A stretch of 64,000 nucleotides of DNA, from positions 2,728,001 to 2,792,000 of the forward strand of contig OZ287068.1 in NCBI GenBank assembly GCA_965645245.1. Direction: 5' to 3'. Origin of the DNA: Massalongia carnosa (taxonomy: Eukaryota). The translations under genes and the position numbers were made by a program. The notes beneath the pieces are model-generated. The model saw only the letters and a list, made by a program, of their open reading frames with translations. It searched no databases and was not told the origin of the DNA. Below are positions 37,073 to 50,783 of the stretch, in pieces. Position 1 is the first letter of the stretch. Each line of letters opens with the position of its first letter.

Positions 37073-38812
37073 CTAGCGTTTGGCTCTTCGTTCATCATCC
37101 CTCTTCTGCCTCTTTCGACTTTCACTAGCTATCATATCACTCAGATCTTCCTGGAACCCCCACTGGCCTTGCTCCTGCTGCTTCTGCGCTTCATACAATC
37201 TCTTCATGTCCTCCTTATCCATCCCGTCCTTGGCCTGCAAGGTATCGGGATCTATGGCTACCTCAACGTCACCCGGCTTCTTACGTTTCCTCAGCGAATC
37301 CTCTTGTCCAAGTACCGGCAAACTGCTTTGCGCCGCTTTGAGATCGTACGTACGGTCTCCCCCAAAGAACCCTTGCACTTTAGCTTGCTGTTCAGGAATT
37401 ATCTGGTAGGCAGCACGGGGGTGCGTGGACTCTTCCGTCTCGGTACCGCGCCTCTGCTTGCGTAGATCAAATTCACCAGCTACGCTTTCCGCTCCTCCGT
37501 ATTCTGATGGAATCGTAGATGCTAGCCCACCAGGTGTTTCAAAGCCGCTTGGAGTCTGCAAGCCTGCCCCGACGTCTTCGGCGTCTCCATCCTCGTCTTC
37601 CTCATCGCTCTCCTCATCATCTGACTCCTCTTCAGGCTCTTGTAACTCACCCCATAAGGTTTTTTCTACGGGCTCCCCTAATTGAGCGTTTTGCTGTGGC
37701 TGTAAAACACCGAATATATCACCCCCGTACAAAGGTCGATTGAATTCATCCACAGGAGGTTTGCCATAACCTCCGGGGTGAAATCCCCATTGACCACCTG
37801 GTGGTGGTGGAGCGTTAAGTCCAGGGATCTTAAGCGCAGGATATGATGGTGGAGGACCGAAGCGCTGCTGATTGATCAGCCATGGCGGCGGGGCGCCAGG
37901 TGGAATGTTAAGAGCTTCTTTCAACTCTTCGCTAAGCTCACCAGGTCGAAGATGCTTGAGATTGGTCTCATACTCCTTACCCTCATAGTAAACCTCCCCG
38001 TAACGTGTAAGTTCTGGTTTTGTTTGAAATCTAAAAAAGGCTTCGTAGAGTTTCTGGTAATCGATATCTAATTTCCCCATCTTCGGCTGCACTCTTTCTC
38101 GCTGCTTCTGCTTCAGACTTGCCTGGTCCTGCTTTTCCAATACAGCGTCTCGCATCTCCGCAATACCAGTCTCTTGTATGAATTTTGGAAGCGCGAAGGG
38201 AGGTTTTTCAACACCTCGTTTCGAGGAAAGATACTCGCGTTTAAGGGACCAATGGGTAGGCACAGGTACAACATTACGATATGCTTTGATATGGACAAGT
38301 AAACGTGGATCTGATGCTGATGTATCTGTCCAGTCAACTGTTTCAGGCTTTTGGACCAAAGCTTTCAGTTCCGCGACTGAAAGCTTGCTTTGTTCCTTGC
38401 GCTTCTTCTTAGAAATCTTAGGTTCACCTTTTTCCTCTTCCTCGTCAGGTATCTCATCATCCTCATCATAGTAGATCTCAGGTTTCTCCAACTCCTTCGT
38501 TGCCGGATCCTCCTTATCGTCTTGTTCAAATTTGCCCATGATTTCCCTATACATTTCGTAGAGCGGATCAGCGACATCCATGACGCCCACATCATCCTCC
38601 TCCTCGGGCGTAGCGATACGTTTCGCTATATAAGTAGGATTTGGTTCTAGTTCTTTGGTAGGCTCAGGAGTTAACGCTGTGATATCCTATAAGTCACAAT
38701 CAGCTCCCATCTATAGAAAGTAAATGCGACCAAGATTTACATCTGATTGCTTTGCGGCCTTCTTCTTCGCCCGCCTCATCTGATTTTTCGAGGGTTTTGT
38801 AGCTGACGGCAT
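37073..38812 (-). CDS. SF3B2: Splicing factor 3B subunit 2 (SAP145/Cus1)
   Basis: VPVPTHWSLKREYL, QPKMGKLDIDYQKL, PPPWLINQQRFGPPPSYP (DUF382/PSP); one 5' intron. Confidence 0.92.
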
Positions 38813-39419
38813 TGTGACGGTGAGCTGCTTAGTTTGCGCAGAAAATAGGAAAGATGACGGCTGATTTGGCAGTCACTGAATGTACAGGAAAATGTATCAA
38901 TTGCATGTGGTGAACCATTCGGTTGAAGGAGGTTGATTTTATGTTGGGCAAAGTACACAAGCTGTCAAGGTTCAAGTGATTATTGTAATTTCCGTTTTCT
39001 ATACAGGTAGTTACTGATATTTGATACATAAAAAAACACACTAGTGGATTAATGAAGATTTCGGCATTTTGAATTGCAGGTATCTGTTAATCATGGGCAT
39101 AAATAAAGTCAATAAGGTAAACAGTCTCTGCACTCGTAAGGGAAGAGTGATGGCTATCTCTCAAGCCTCCACAAATGGATACCTCAAGAAGACTATATAT
39201 CTCAAACAACATCTGTAGCGAGGATTTCAGGGTGGCCTCTCATGCAATGACCGGCCCAGCTGTGTGCATCATTAATGGGTCTCTGATCCTCAAAATCTCT
39301 CACACCTTACGGGAAAGGTCCGTTCCACCTCTTACTATGATGGACCGCTGAGAGTGCAACGAGTACAATCTCATGCCAAACCGTTCTCCAAGTTAATCCA
39401 ACGAAATAGAATATTTCAA

Positions 39420-39948
39420 TCAGCTCATAGCTGCCGTGTCATCATTCGCGACAGGAGCCAACTTCTTCCTCTTCTTATATTTCTTCGAGTCTACATGAAT
39501 CGCAGTTAGACATGTGATGTTCAAATCTGCCCAGAAACTCCACTTACCCTCCTTAGTTTTCTTCTTCTTAGGCGCTCCCTTGCCTCTTTGTTTTGCTCTA
39601 GTACAAACCGGTTAGCTAATTTTCCTAGTACATTGAGAGTATGGAGTTCCATACTGCGCAATGTGCTCAAGTCGGTCTTCTTCAAAATCATCCCAAGTCT
39701 CCAAATGAGGATATAGCTTTCTCAAGTCTCTCAAAGTCGGACCTCGTCTAGGATAGTATGCTGCCATTGCAGGTCCTTTCAGCCTCTCGCGCAAGATTTT
39801 GTTCCCAGTTCTTATCCGCTCCGGATTGTAGGTCATTGAGAATACGCGGCATTGCACCTATGAGAATTTAGATATGGACGGAGACATTCAAGCACTTATG
39901 GTATTCTACCTTTAATAACTCCAGAATGCGAGACTTTGCGACCGACAT
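39420..39948 (-). CDS. RSM27: Mitochondrial small-subunit ribosomal protein S27 (mS33)
   Basis: MSVAKSRILELLK / VQCRVFSMTYNPERIRTGNKILRERLKGPAMAAYYP / RGKGAPKKKK; 4 exons. Confidence 0.85.
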
Positions 39949-40200
39949 GGCTTATGGCAAATTGAGCACGAAGATCGTTAAACTGCAAGTAGTTACCGGT
40001 ACTCTGTACGGAGTATCTTAACTTGCTTTATAATACAAATATTTCCGTATCAAAGTAATCATTACAAGCAAGTGCCCCCTTTGCCCCCCAAAAACTTAAA
40101 AGACCCCGTTGCATAACAACTCAAGATTGGATCTGTCCACAAATTACAACGCGTGATAAGTCAACAATTCATCGCTTAAGAACCGCTATCAAGCATCATC

Positions 40201-41181
40201 ATGAATAGGAAGAGAAGTGTAGATGCTGCTTCACTCGATGATGGAAAGGCGCAGAAGAAGAAAAAATCCGATCTGAATGTCGCTCTTCCGGCCGTTGCAT
40301 TGGATTTTCCATCACCGTCAGACCCTCCCGGAACAGTTGGTTCATTGCAGCTCTTGACTTACAACAATAATCGGGACACGCTTCCAAAGCTACCAGAAAT
40401 TCTTGACAAGTCACTATCACTTATCCCTTTCACCCACCAGGGTACCCTTAGTGGGACTACAGCAGAAATGGCGCGTATGAGCTATGAACGTTTAGAGTTT
40501 CTTGGCGATGCTTATATAGAACTCATTGCCTCTCAAGTTATCTTCCCTCTATTCCCTCATTTTCCTGCAGGAAAACTTTCTCAGAAGCGACAGTCGATGG
40601 TGAATAATGAAACGTTAGCCGATTTCTCAGTAGCCTACGGGTTTGACAAAAGAGCACGTTTGCCCAAAACTCTTCAAGTGGCTCAGGGTATGGAATCAAC
40701 GAAAACTCGAACCAAAATTTTAGGCGATATTTTCGAGGCTTATGTTGCCGCCGTCATTCTATCCGATCCAGGTAGTGGCTATCAAAGGGTAAAAGCATGG
40801 TTGACTGAACTTTGGGCTCCTGCACTATCTACTGGTAATGATGCAGCAGTCAATATGAAATCAAAGGTACAATTAGCCTCGAAGATCTCGGGAAGAGGCA
40901 TCAAAATAGCTTATCAAGATGAAGCGCAGCCTGGAGTTTTCAGGAAGGAGGGAAAGATTTTATTTCAAGTCGGCGTTTACCTTTCAGGATGGGGGTGTGA
41001 AAACACGCATCTAGGTTCAGGTAAGGGATGGAGCAAGAGCGAGGCAGGTAACAGAGCAGCGATGCAAGCATTGTCGAACCCCTCGATAGCAAAGATCGTT
41101 GCTCTCAAGCATGAATTTGACCTCAAGCCAACCCAGGCGAAGAACAAGGGAGAGAGTCTTGGTGTGGGTGGTAAGAGCTGA
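40201..41181 (+). CDS. Ribonuclease III domain protein with C-terminal dsRBD-like region
   Basis: Signature ERLEFLGDA and GDIFEAYVAA; G.G.SK..A..AA..AL at the C-terminus. Confidence 0.9.
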   Translation: MNRKRSVDAASLDDGKAQKKKKSDLNVALPAVALDFPSPSDPPGTVGSLQLLTYNNNRDTLPKLPEILDKSLSLIPFTHQGTLSGTTAEMARMSYERLEFLGDAYIELIASQVIFPLFPHFPAGKLSQKRQSMVNNETLADFSVAYGFDKRARLPKTLQVAQGMESTKTRTKILGDIFEAYVAAVILSDPGSGYQRVKAWLTELWAPALSTGNDAAVNMKSKVQLASKISGRGIKIAYQDEAQPGVFRKEGKILFQVGVYLSGWGCENTHLGSGKGWSKSEAGNRAAMQALSNPSIAKIVALKHEFDLKPTQAKNKGESLGVGGKS

Positions 41182-41287
41182 TAAATGTGGGTTGAATGGC
41201 ACACTTTCTTTATTGAAATCTAGTTACACGTTTCGCTAAATGCACGCATACCTTTGACCGTTTATACCCATAAGATTCTAACAAAAC

Positions 41288-42457
41288 TTAGAAGTTTGTA
41301 CCATCCCCATAGCTATGGTTCCACTTTCGCACAGCCTTATCGTGTTCCCAACGCTTATTTTGTAAGTCAGAATCACTAACTTCCCCCAATACATTAACGA
41401 TTAGCTCACCTGTTTAGGGTCGGAGAGCACGTCTGCAGCCTGACCAACTTTGGCAGCCCTCTCATTGATTTTCGCCTTTTCTCCGTCTGACATCCATTCC
41501 TTCTTCAGCCTGTCAGGATGTGTTCTGATGCGCATCTTCTTCGCTGCGTTTACAACCCTGGGATTTTATTAGTAAACTGCCCTGCCTTCAGGGATGGTTT
41601 GATTACTCAAGTCTTGTGCAGCCAGGTAGGAGGCCTAAGGTGGTATAGTGAGCTAGAGGCGGCGAAGGGGCGATTTGGGGGGGTTCAGGTTCAGGGCCAT
41701 ACCTTTGGTGTCGAGAAGATTCATGGCCGTTGCGTCTCCGATCACTTGTTTGTGGCCGCTGGGAACGCCGGCTGGAAAACCCATGACCATCACCACTCTG
41801 TCTAGCATTATAAAGTCCATTTTCGCCACGATCGCAGTAGCGACAGTCATCATAATAGTCATGTCGACGGGACTGACTTTCCTGATGCTGTTGCTGATCA
41901 AAGCGAAATGAGTGAGGCTCAACAGTGGATGGCTGTCTCATTTCGCAGGGCCGTTCTCTGTCAAACAGGTCCTGCCGCCTTGTTTCGTGCAGACGCTCTC
42001 TGTCAAGTGGTTCTTGTTGCCTGATTCGGTGGAGCATCTCTCTGTCGTATGCTTCTATGTCGTCGTACACGTCGTTTTCGCTGAAACAATCAAGCGTGAT
42101 AGGGTCCCAGTCATGGCCATAGTGCCGGTGTCTTGAGGATCCAGCTCCGCCTCTCAGTTCTAATTCCGGCTCCTCGGTCGAAGTCGACACATCTGAGGGG
42201 ACTGTTCGTGCGCTTTCAAGTCCACTTAAATCCTCTTCAGCCTCCTCGGGCTTTGGTCCATTTAGCTTCGCTCTCTGGCCATCCCGCCCCCATATTGTCT
42301 CACCACCCCTTGTCTCCGCCCTATCCCCATCCCCCCTTTTACTCGTCAGACCATCCCCCCCTTCCCATTTCAATCGCCTTCGTTCCTCTTCAGCATCATA
42401 CCATTCCATCTGTATTCGCGCGTATGGACCCTCTCGTCCATCAAGGATCTCGGTCAT
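41288..42457 (-). CDS. Protein with C-terminal DnaJ (J) domain
   Basis: HYTTLGL..., then after an intron KMRIRTHPDRLK...AADVLSDP (HPD motif); start uncertain. Confidence 0.7.
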
Positions 42458-43731
42458 GTCCTCGCCAACAGGCTTCCTAACAATATTTTCGAGATAAGCG
42501 AAGGGATTAGGGATGTCGCGATGTTGTTGATGAGGTTTTGGTAGGGGTTGGATGTATTGGATTTATGGAAGACCTGGGTCTATCTATGATAGGACGGGAT
42601 GTCTGTTTTGCTGTGTTGTACTTTTTGCTGCCGATTTGCCAGAAAATATGCCGAATTTTTTTAAATTGCGACGATAGAATGAAGTTGATGCTATGAAGCG
42701 GAAAAAAGGCAGAACTGGTCGTTTCCGGGCTTAAAGATACTTATAGCAAAACAAAGAGAAAGAAAGAAGGATTTTCTTAGACCTTTATATTTAAATATTC
42801 CCTCCTTTGCGTTTTTCTCTTAGACTCACTCACCCCTCCCCCTTTCTGACTCCCCGTTACCCCGTCCTGTTCATATCCACGCTCGTCCACGCTGTCAAAG
42901 ACTCCTCCCAAACAAAACTTGCCTAGAAAGTTCTGACTCTATGACTTTTCTCATAAAGCAGTAGGTACTGTGTCTATCTAGATCTGTCATCTATAAACCT
43001 TCGTGAAAATGAAATCCCTATCGTGAGGATATAGGGTTAGCCCCAGGCCCAGGTTCAGGCCCAGATTTTAGGTTATGTATGAACTGGTTGATTCATTGAT
43101 TGATCGATTGATCGATTTATAGTTTGCAGGGCATTGTTTGTATAGATGTATGCATCATGCGTTACTAGATTTGAGTGAAGTCAAGAGAGAGGGGGGGGAA
43201 GAGATGATGATGATATCTCGTATTTAGCTTGACGGAGAAAGTGAAACGGAAAAGGTAGAACAGGATAAAACAAAAAGAAGTGGGAAAGGAATAGGGGGGA
43301 TGAAATTTTTCCATACGCAGGGTTAGGGGTGAGTGGGAGAGGGAGGGGTTGGGGGGGGGGGGGGGGGGGTGAATGGGTATTTATTGAGCAGCTAGAAACG
43401 AGAACTGGGAAAGGGAAACGTATGAGTAGGTAGGAGATGTAGATAATAAGAGATTGGTTATGAAACAGCCATAGGGAATGGGAATATGGGGGGGTATGAG
43501 TAAGGATAGATGAGTACTAAACAAGTCATTTTTATCGCCTACTGTAAGTTGTGCTGGGGAGTATATGTGTATCAAACAGGTACAGCTAATCGCTGATGAT
43601 GATGATGATGATGATGATGATGGTCGCAAGCTGCGAATGTCAGCGATCTCCTAGTGATAGTTATATGCGTGCGTGTTCGTCATAGATTCGTATGTATGGA
43701 TCTGTCATGTTTGCTGTTTGCTGTTTGCTGT

Positions 43732-44091
<360 letters not shown>

Positions 44092-45203
44092 GCTTGTTTG
44101 TTTGTTCGTCTGTCTGTCTCTTTATCAGGCAGGGAGGAAGAGAGGAAGGGAGGAAAGCAAAACGACGATTGCCGTCGCAAGCACTTGGATCCTCGTTTTC
44201 CTTCTCCTTTTTTCCTCCAGCTTTTTCTTTCTCCATCCCCTCCTCCATTTTTCTTCTCCCTCCCTCCCTCCCTGTCTTGCTAAGGCCATACATAGCCTCC
44301 CATTCCGTTTTGCCCTAACATTTCTCTCTTTCTTGCTCCTGGCACACCGAATCACGGCTTGAGCGGGATGAACATTTGGAGAAGTACATAACGAAATGAA
44401 GGAAGACGTGAACTTTCAAGTTTGAGTTTTTTTAAAAGAAAAGAAAAGAAAAGAAAATATGCAGCTAACTGATAAAATGAAAACAACAACGATCAGAAAG
44501 GGAGAGTTGTTTAGTAAGGTACTTGGTTGGTGATTTTAGGAGAGGGGGTGATGATAGTAGTATAAAGTACCTCGTACCAATGAATGCTACCGGTAGCAGT
44601 AGGTGAGGGAGACCCTAATGCCTAAAGGGGAAATAATGAGCCGAAGAAGAAAGAGAGAATACCAAAGTGAAAAGAAAAGATAAGAAGCCCCCCACAAGAA
44701 ACCACAAGAACCAACAAGGACCAATAGTAAGAACAGCAAGAATAGAGCTATCACAGAGAACGAAAAAAAAAACGTGAAAATCCCCCCTCCCTATATCATT
44801 CCCCCTTCCAAAGCCCGGAACTAGCCCCATAGAATTTTATCTTTCGACGCTTCTTGTGAACTACCCTTTCTTGCTCGCCTCTTCGGCAAGTACGTGCATA
44901 GCACAGATAGGTTTATGTTCTTCGGCTCAAGAAGAAATTGTATAAGAGAAAAAGGAAAGAGGAAGAGAGTCTTTTTGAGGGGAGGGAGGAGATTAGGGGG
45001 TTGGGAGGGGGCCGCAATGCTTTCTTTGGAAAAACTTGAAACGACCCATCTGAATAGTTTCGATGCAACATAGCTAGAACTCGCTCAAACGCAGGAAACT
45101 CACCGCCGAAGGACTTGAATGCCACAACCATAGCCTCAAAGGACACTTCCCAGCCCATGATCCTTCAACGACTGTGCTCTTGCTCAGTTCCCCCAAGACC
45201 TAC

Positions 45204-46475
45204 TTACGCCCTCTCTTCTCCCCCGCCCTTCCACCCAACCCTCCTAACCTTCTGCCTCAGTATCCTTGACAGAATCGCCACTGCACGCCCAGCTCGCTCG
45301 TCTCGCTTTCCAACCCACAACGCCAACAAGCCCAGCACCACAGCATCGATCAGCAGATGCCTCACAGCTGCGACCGCGACCGAAACTACCCAAACCCACA
45401 ACCCACGAGCCCTGTTCAGACTCAGGGTTCTAGTCGGCACGCCATGAAATTCTAGCTGCTCCCGCAACGCCGCGATTTCCGTCGTCATTTGGACGAGGGT
45501 GCGCTCGATGCGTTCCCGCCACTTACGGTTACGCACGTCGTAGTCGCTGCTTCCAAGGGGGTCGGCGCCGGCGGGAACAGGAAGGTCGTTCTCGTCTGCA
45601 GAGTGGGAATCGAAGGAGCGGCGCCTTCGAGCGACACTGGAATCAGGGGACTCATCAACTAGGGAGTGTCCATCGCCATCACTAACAGGCCTAAGGATCC
45701 GCATCTCCCCGCCATCACCGCTAGGATCCTCGCGTACGCGTCCGGGGCCAATGCTCGCGTAGCTAGGGTGAGGGCGTTGCTGCGGGTGTCGGGCTTGGGA
45801 AAAGTGCGGGGCTAGCCGTGATGATGATAGCGAGGGGCCCTGCTGTTGTTGGTTCAGCGAGGAGGAAGTGATGCTGGAAGCGGACTGTGATTTGATTTGG
45901 TCCCAGACGAACTCGAGTTCGGCGACCAATTCGCGGGCTTCGGGCGTGGTGGAGGCGTACTTGTGCATGGTTTCGATAAGAGTGCTGACGTACCGCCGTT
46001 TGGCTTCGGTGCGGCTGCAGCCATGTTGGGCGGACCAGGCGTCCCTTAGGAGTGCCGAGGGGAAGGTTAGCAGAGGTGAAGAGGGCGAGGCGTTGATTGG
46101 AGGCCCATAAGTCTTCGGAATGGTTCGTTTATTTTTTTGGTTCGAAAGGATTCAGTCACAATAGCGAAACCCATAGCGTACCACTTCTCCTGCTCAGCCA
46201 TCTCCTCCATGCTCTGCCCCTCAGGTCTCTTCATCACGCCGAGTACATCACCCTCCATACTCTGCTTGTACAAGCCATATAGCTTGAGCCGATCAGACGG
46301 CGGAGGACGAGCGGAACCGGTGCGAGGAATCCGCTTGACTGTGTTGAGAGCATGAACGAACACCCGGTCTGTAGAAAGCTTTAGCTGATCCTTAAGCTTT
46401 GCCTCCTGAGTCGGGGGATGGTTGTTGAGATTTGCGTTAAAAAGACGAGATGGACTTACCCACAGAATCCGACAT
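45204..46475 (-). CDS. Acyl-CoA-binding domain protein with C-terminal TM segment
   Basis: MSDSV/DRVFVHALNTVK...RLKLYGLYKQSMEGD...KW/DAW...EAKRRY; hydrophobic C-terminus; exact 3' end may include a further intron. Confidence 0.85.
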
Positions 46476-47218
46476 GCTGGTGCCTTTGCAATAGAGTGGA
46501 TGAGAGTATGTATGGCCCCTGCGTAAACTCTTGACGGCGACGGAACAAATGAGTGGCGCTTAAGTCAATCTGATAGCCGAAAAAGATCCCTGCTCATCGG
46601 CTAAATCTCGAACGATTTCGTCATCATTCGCCGGCACTTGCCTATCTCCTAAACCTACTCTGTGTCCGAATCAGATATGATTGGCCATCATACTCGTAAT
46701 ACGAGGACGTTTATGTCATTGCCTACCCCACCATTCCATCTCAACAATCATACAGAGTATTCGGACTAGCCGACGATTAGTAATAACTAACAAAGCCTTT
46801 CATTCATCTCATCGCCTTCACCCGCCTTCAAAATCAGGCCCGATTGTCCTTGTGAAAAACAGTGAAACAAAACCTTCGGTTCACCACTCCGACTGGCTGT
46901 TTCGAGTGATTGATATTTAGGGAGTCGCTGATGGTACAACGGCGAGGATGGGGCGAAGGCCTTTGTTTTCCTTATAGGTAGCGGGGCACGCGGGGCCAAA
47001 AAAAGTTCCCACACCAAAATTTCACCCACCCTAAAAATCCTTCTTTACCCAACTCCCTCATCATGAATAATCACTATTATACACGACTATATGCAACAAA
47101 AATCGCTCAATGTCCTGTCATTTTACCCTCTCCATCTAGCACATCATGCATGCGTTGTGGCATTTGTTCTACTAACGAATTGATCCATTCCTGGGGAACG
47201 TGATCCCTCCACTCTGTA

Positions 47219-49407
47219 CGGGATTTCCCGGTGAAACGCCGAACCCGGTGAGAACGCCGAAATTTCTAAATTTCGGCACTTTGCTATTTTTTGCTACCAT
47301 GCGACAACCACCACGATTGATACACTGAAGCTTTGGTAAATTGTACATAGAAGGTGTCCAATTTGATGTATAGAAGAAAAATTCTATTCGCCAAAATGAT
47401 TTGGCTTTCGCACCTCTCTCCCCCTAGATGTACGAGAAATTATCATTTCCACTCCACCAACCACCTCGACATCATCACTTTGCTCCTGGGACTGCTTTCG
47501 ACACTTTGGCACCTGCTTTGGCCCTGTAGATGTCGATTTCAACCTCAGCGATAATTCAGAAGGCTTAGTACTTGCGTTTTTCAATTCTTTTTGGGCCTGC
47601 TTTTCGACCGCTTTAGACTGCCTCGCCTCCTCGATCAATCGTTTTTTTTCTATAGCAACTAGGGCCCGTTCTTGCTTTTCTTTTTCCTTCAGCGACTTGT
47701 TAAAAACTAATTGTGCCCGTTTTTCAGCGAGATCCTGTTGCCGTCGTGTCTTTTCGTCATCTTTTGAAGCCTGATAGGCTCTGGCCGCTGCCACCCTACC
47801 CGGACTGAAAAATTGAGGCCCAGAATCTTCTTCACCTAGCAAATTCAGGCGTTTACCACGTTTTCGTCGTTTCTTTTCCTCTTTAAGTGCCTCACATAGG
47901 CCCCTAATTACGTGTTGATCAATAGAACGATTAGCTGCGAGACGCTCATTTGCAGCAAATATCTTGGACAACAAAACTCTATTTGGCTCTTTTACGTAGG
48001 TTTTTTGTATGCGACGAACCGCCCGTCCCGTCATAGGTGTCTTGGGTGCTTGTGTGACGTTAGGTATCTCCTCTGGTGAAGGCGATTTGGTGATTTTATC
48101 TAGTAGGATGTTTGGATTGTACGGCCATATGCCTGTCTTCTCAAACCCAGAGTTTATGTTCTTTTCATTGAAGGCCTTCTGCCAGGCAGGCCAAAAAACA
48201 CCCCAGAAGACTCTTTTTGATATGTTCACTGTGCCCAATGAGTTAAACATCATATCATTGAGGCCATTCGTATAATACCGGGCCAGGGGGGCAAACAATG
48301 AAACATCTAGGGGTTGCAACCGGTGCGTAGTATGCGATGGTAGAATCATCAATAGAATTCGTAGTTCATCGCATTTATTGATGAATTTCATATTGACGTG
48401 GCTAGAATGACCATCCACCACCAGCAACCGCCTTCTATGCCCCATTTGCTTCGTACATCGTTCAAAAACACGCTCAAGCCAGTTCAGACCAAGCAGGTCA
48501 CAACTCCATCCATTGGAAGAGACCGCGAAGAAAGCTTGCTGATCTACACTCCAATCTTCTAACCATGTATCTTGAAGTGTCTTTGAATCGCCTCTATAGA
48601 TCAGCGCGGGTGGTAAAGCGGTACCGTTTGCGCATATGCAAGCCAGTAGACTGATGAATTCACGACTTCCATCTTGACTCGCATGGGTTATGCGCCCCGA
48701 TTCTAGAGCTTCAAGAGTCATTATTCGCTTTACGGCAGAGGCCATGCCAATTAAAAAGCCCTTTTCGTCCCAATTATAGACGTTATCTGCTGTGATGTTA
48801 TATTTTTCGATGCCCGCGATCAACTAGAAGAAATGTTGACTATTAGGCACAAATGCGACGCAATTAGGGGCAGTTATATTGTCAAAACTACGGACCTGAT
48901 CATAGAATTGTTTGAATGTAGGTGCATACTCAGACTTTATGCGTAGACTGTCCATGTTGCGTAAATATAGACTTTTAAGTCTATCTTGATTTCGCTTAGT
49001 GAATTCTCCCGCCCAGTTCCTACCTACTGACGACTGGATCATTTCTTCTGCCAAATTGCGCACAATTGTAGGGGTAGGAGGTATTCCTCTGTCGGTTAAT
49101 CGATTGATTTGTGAGATTAGAGCCTCTTCTTGGACCGTTGTGAGGCGTTGCTTATGTGTGGATGAAGCCTCCCGTCGGGAGACCGATTGGCCTTTCCATC
49201 GCCGCCGAAGAGTACTTTCGACTAGGCCAAATTTCTTAGCAGTTGCAAGTATATTTGGTCGCTCTTGCGATTCTAAATTAGCAATTGCTTGGTCAATTGG
49301 CGCGGTGGTAGTAGTGTTATTCATGGTTGAAGAGGGTAAGGTGGTGCGGAGTAATTTTCTAAAATTCGGCGTTGTCACCGGGTTCGGCGTTTCACCGGGA
49401 AATCCCG
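47219..49407 (-). mobile_element. Fot1/pogo-family DNA transposon, TA TSD
   Basis: TIR CGGGATTTCCCGGTGAAACGCCGAACCCGGTGA at both ends; TA at 47217-18 and 49408-09. Confidence 0.92.
47384..49324 (-). CDS. pogo/Fot1 transposase (HTH + DDE_1), one intron
   Basis: HTH region, VYNWDEKGF, LLVVDGHSSH, HRLQPLDV; intron ~48896-48824. Confidence 0.88.
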
Positions 49408-50231
49408 TACGAATTGCATCTAAAGTGGTCTCATCGTCCCAATGATCCGATTTTTGATAACCACTGCTTGACGGGCTGCCAGCAGTTTTCAATGATGGAC
49501 AAATCGGGAGATTTTGGGGCGTTGAAGTAGTACTTTAACCCGTTTTCTTCCTTCCATTTCCGTACGATGTTGTTATTGTTGGCTGAACCATGCCCCGAAT
49601 CACCATCTTCCTCCAAAACAAATCGTTCACTCATCTCGAGACACGGCTTTACAATAGGCTCCAAAATGGAGTCTATATAGACTCTTTGACTCATCTTTCC
49701 ATTGGTGTTTCCAGGAACCTCGTAAAAAATCAGATCTGATTTGTAATTCCATCCCACCCACGCCCAGCAATGAAAACGCTTTTGTACTCTTTCTTCGGGC
49801 TCTTTCCCCTCCTGCATGCAGTCAAAACAATATCTTTGACCCGGTCGACGTATAATGCGCAATCGGCGTTGAGGACCAAGCCCGAAATGAACTTCATCGC
49901 TGAAACGAACCAACTTCCAGTCCTCCAATGTCCAAGTGGTGATTTTATCTCGTGCAAAAGTACGTCTTAAAGCACGAAGATGAGGAGCAATCCAGGTCCT
50001 CGTACAAGCGATGCATTTGTGATATTCCAAGTCCTGCATAGTATTTCTGATGGTGTGCCAATGCACTCGATTACTGCCCACGAGGCCTACTTCTTTGGCC
50101 AGTTGATGCCAGGACATAGCTCGAGCTTGAATACCTCCATTTTCAATTATTTCCTCCAGTCTCTTGTACGCCGCGGAATGGGTTGGGTTGGGTTGGGTTG
50201 GGTTATCGTTGGGTTACCCAACAGAAAAAGG

Positions 50232-50300
50232 TACTGATATATGGACACCCCATCCGCTACCTAGACTCTAGGTAGCGGATAGGGTGTCCATATATCAGTA
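50232..50300. mobile_element. TIR-only hairpin micro-element inside the hAT end
   Basis: TACTGATATATGGACACCC.ATCCGCTACCTAGA-C-TCTAGGTAGCGGAT.GGGTGTCCATATATCAGTA near-perfect palindrome. Confidence 0.7.
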
Positions 50301-50783
50301 CCCACAGAAAAAATATGTGATGACTACTAGCATGGCTACCACAAAACACGAATGCAATATTTATCACATGAGTTAGGATTTTCAATCATTGTAGATTTAT
50401 TTTAATGACTATCACAAAGTAAAATGTAGATTATAGATAAAACATTTATTTCGTTGACGTCGAACTACCATAAAGACTATCACAAATTCATATGCTATCT
50501 TCTATCGAATATCGAAGTATGTCGCCCATTCATCGCTTCCTATTCAAAACTCGTAAAGAAAGTCTCTCGCCATCTCTTCCTTTACTCTCCACCTTCTTGT
50601 CACCCCCACCCTCTCCACCCCCCTCCTCTACCTCATCCTCCACCACACCCTCCTCCTCCTCCTCCTCTACCTCATCCTCCACCACACCCTCCTCCTCCTC
50701 CTCCTCCACCTCATCCACTATACCCTCGTCCTCCTCCTCCTCCTCCACCTCATCCACCACACCATCCTCTATCATACCCTCCT

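Noticed and set aside
50179..50215. Telomere-like GGGTT repeats (also 53680-53725 and 54000-54105)
   Set aside because: Pentamers rather than TTAGGG, symmetric at both hAT ends; best read as subterminal transposase-binding repeats.
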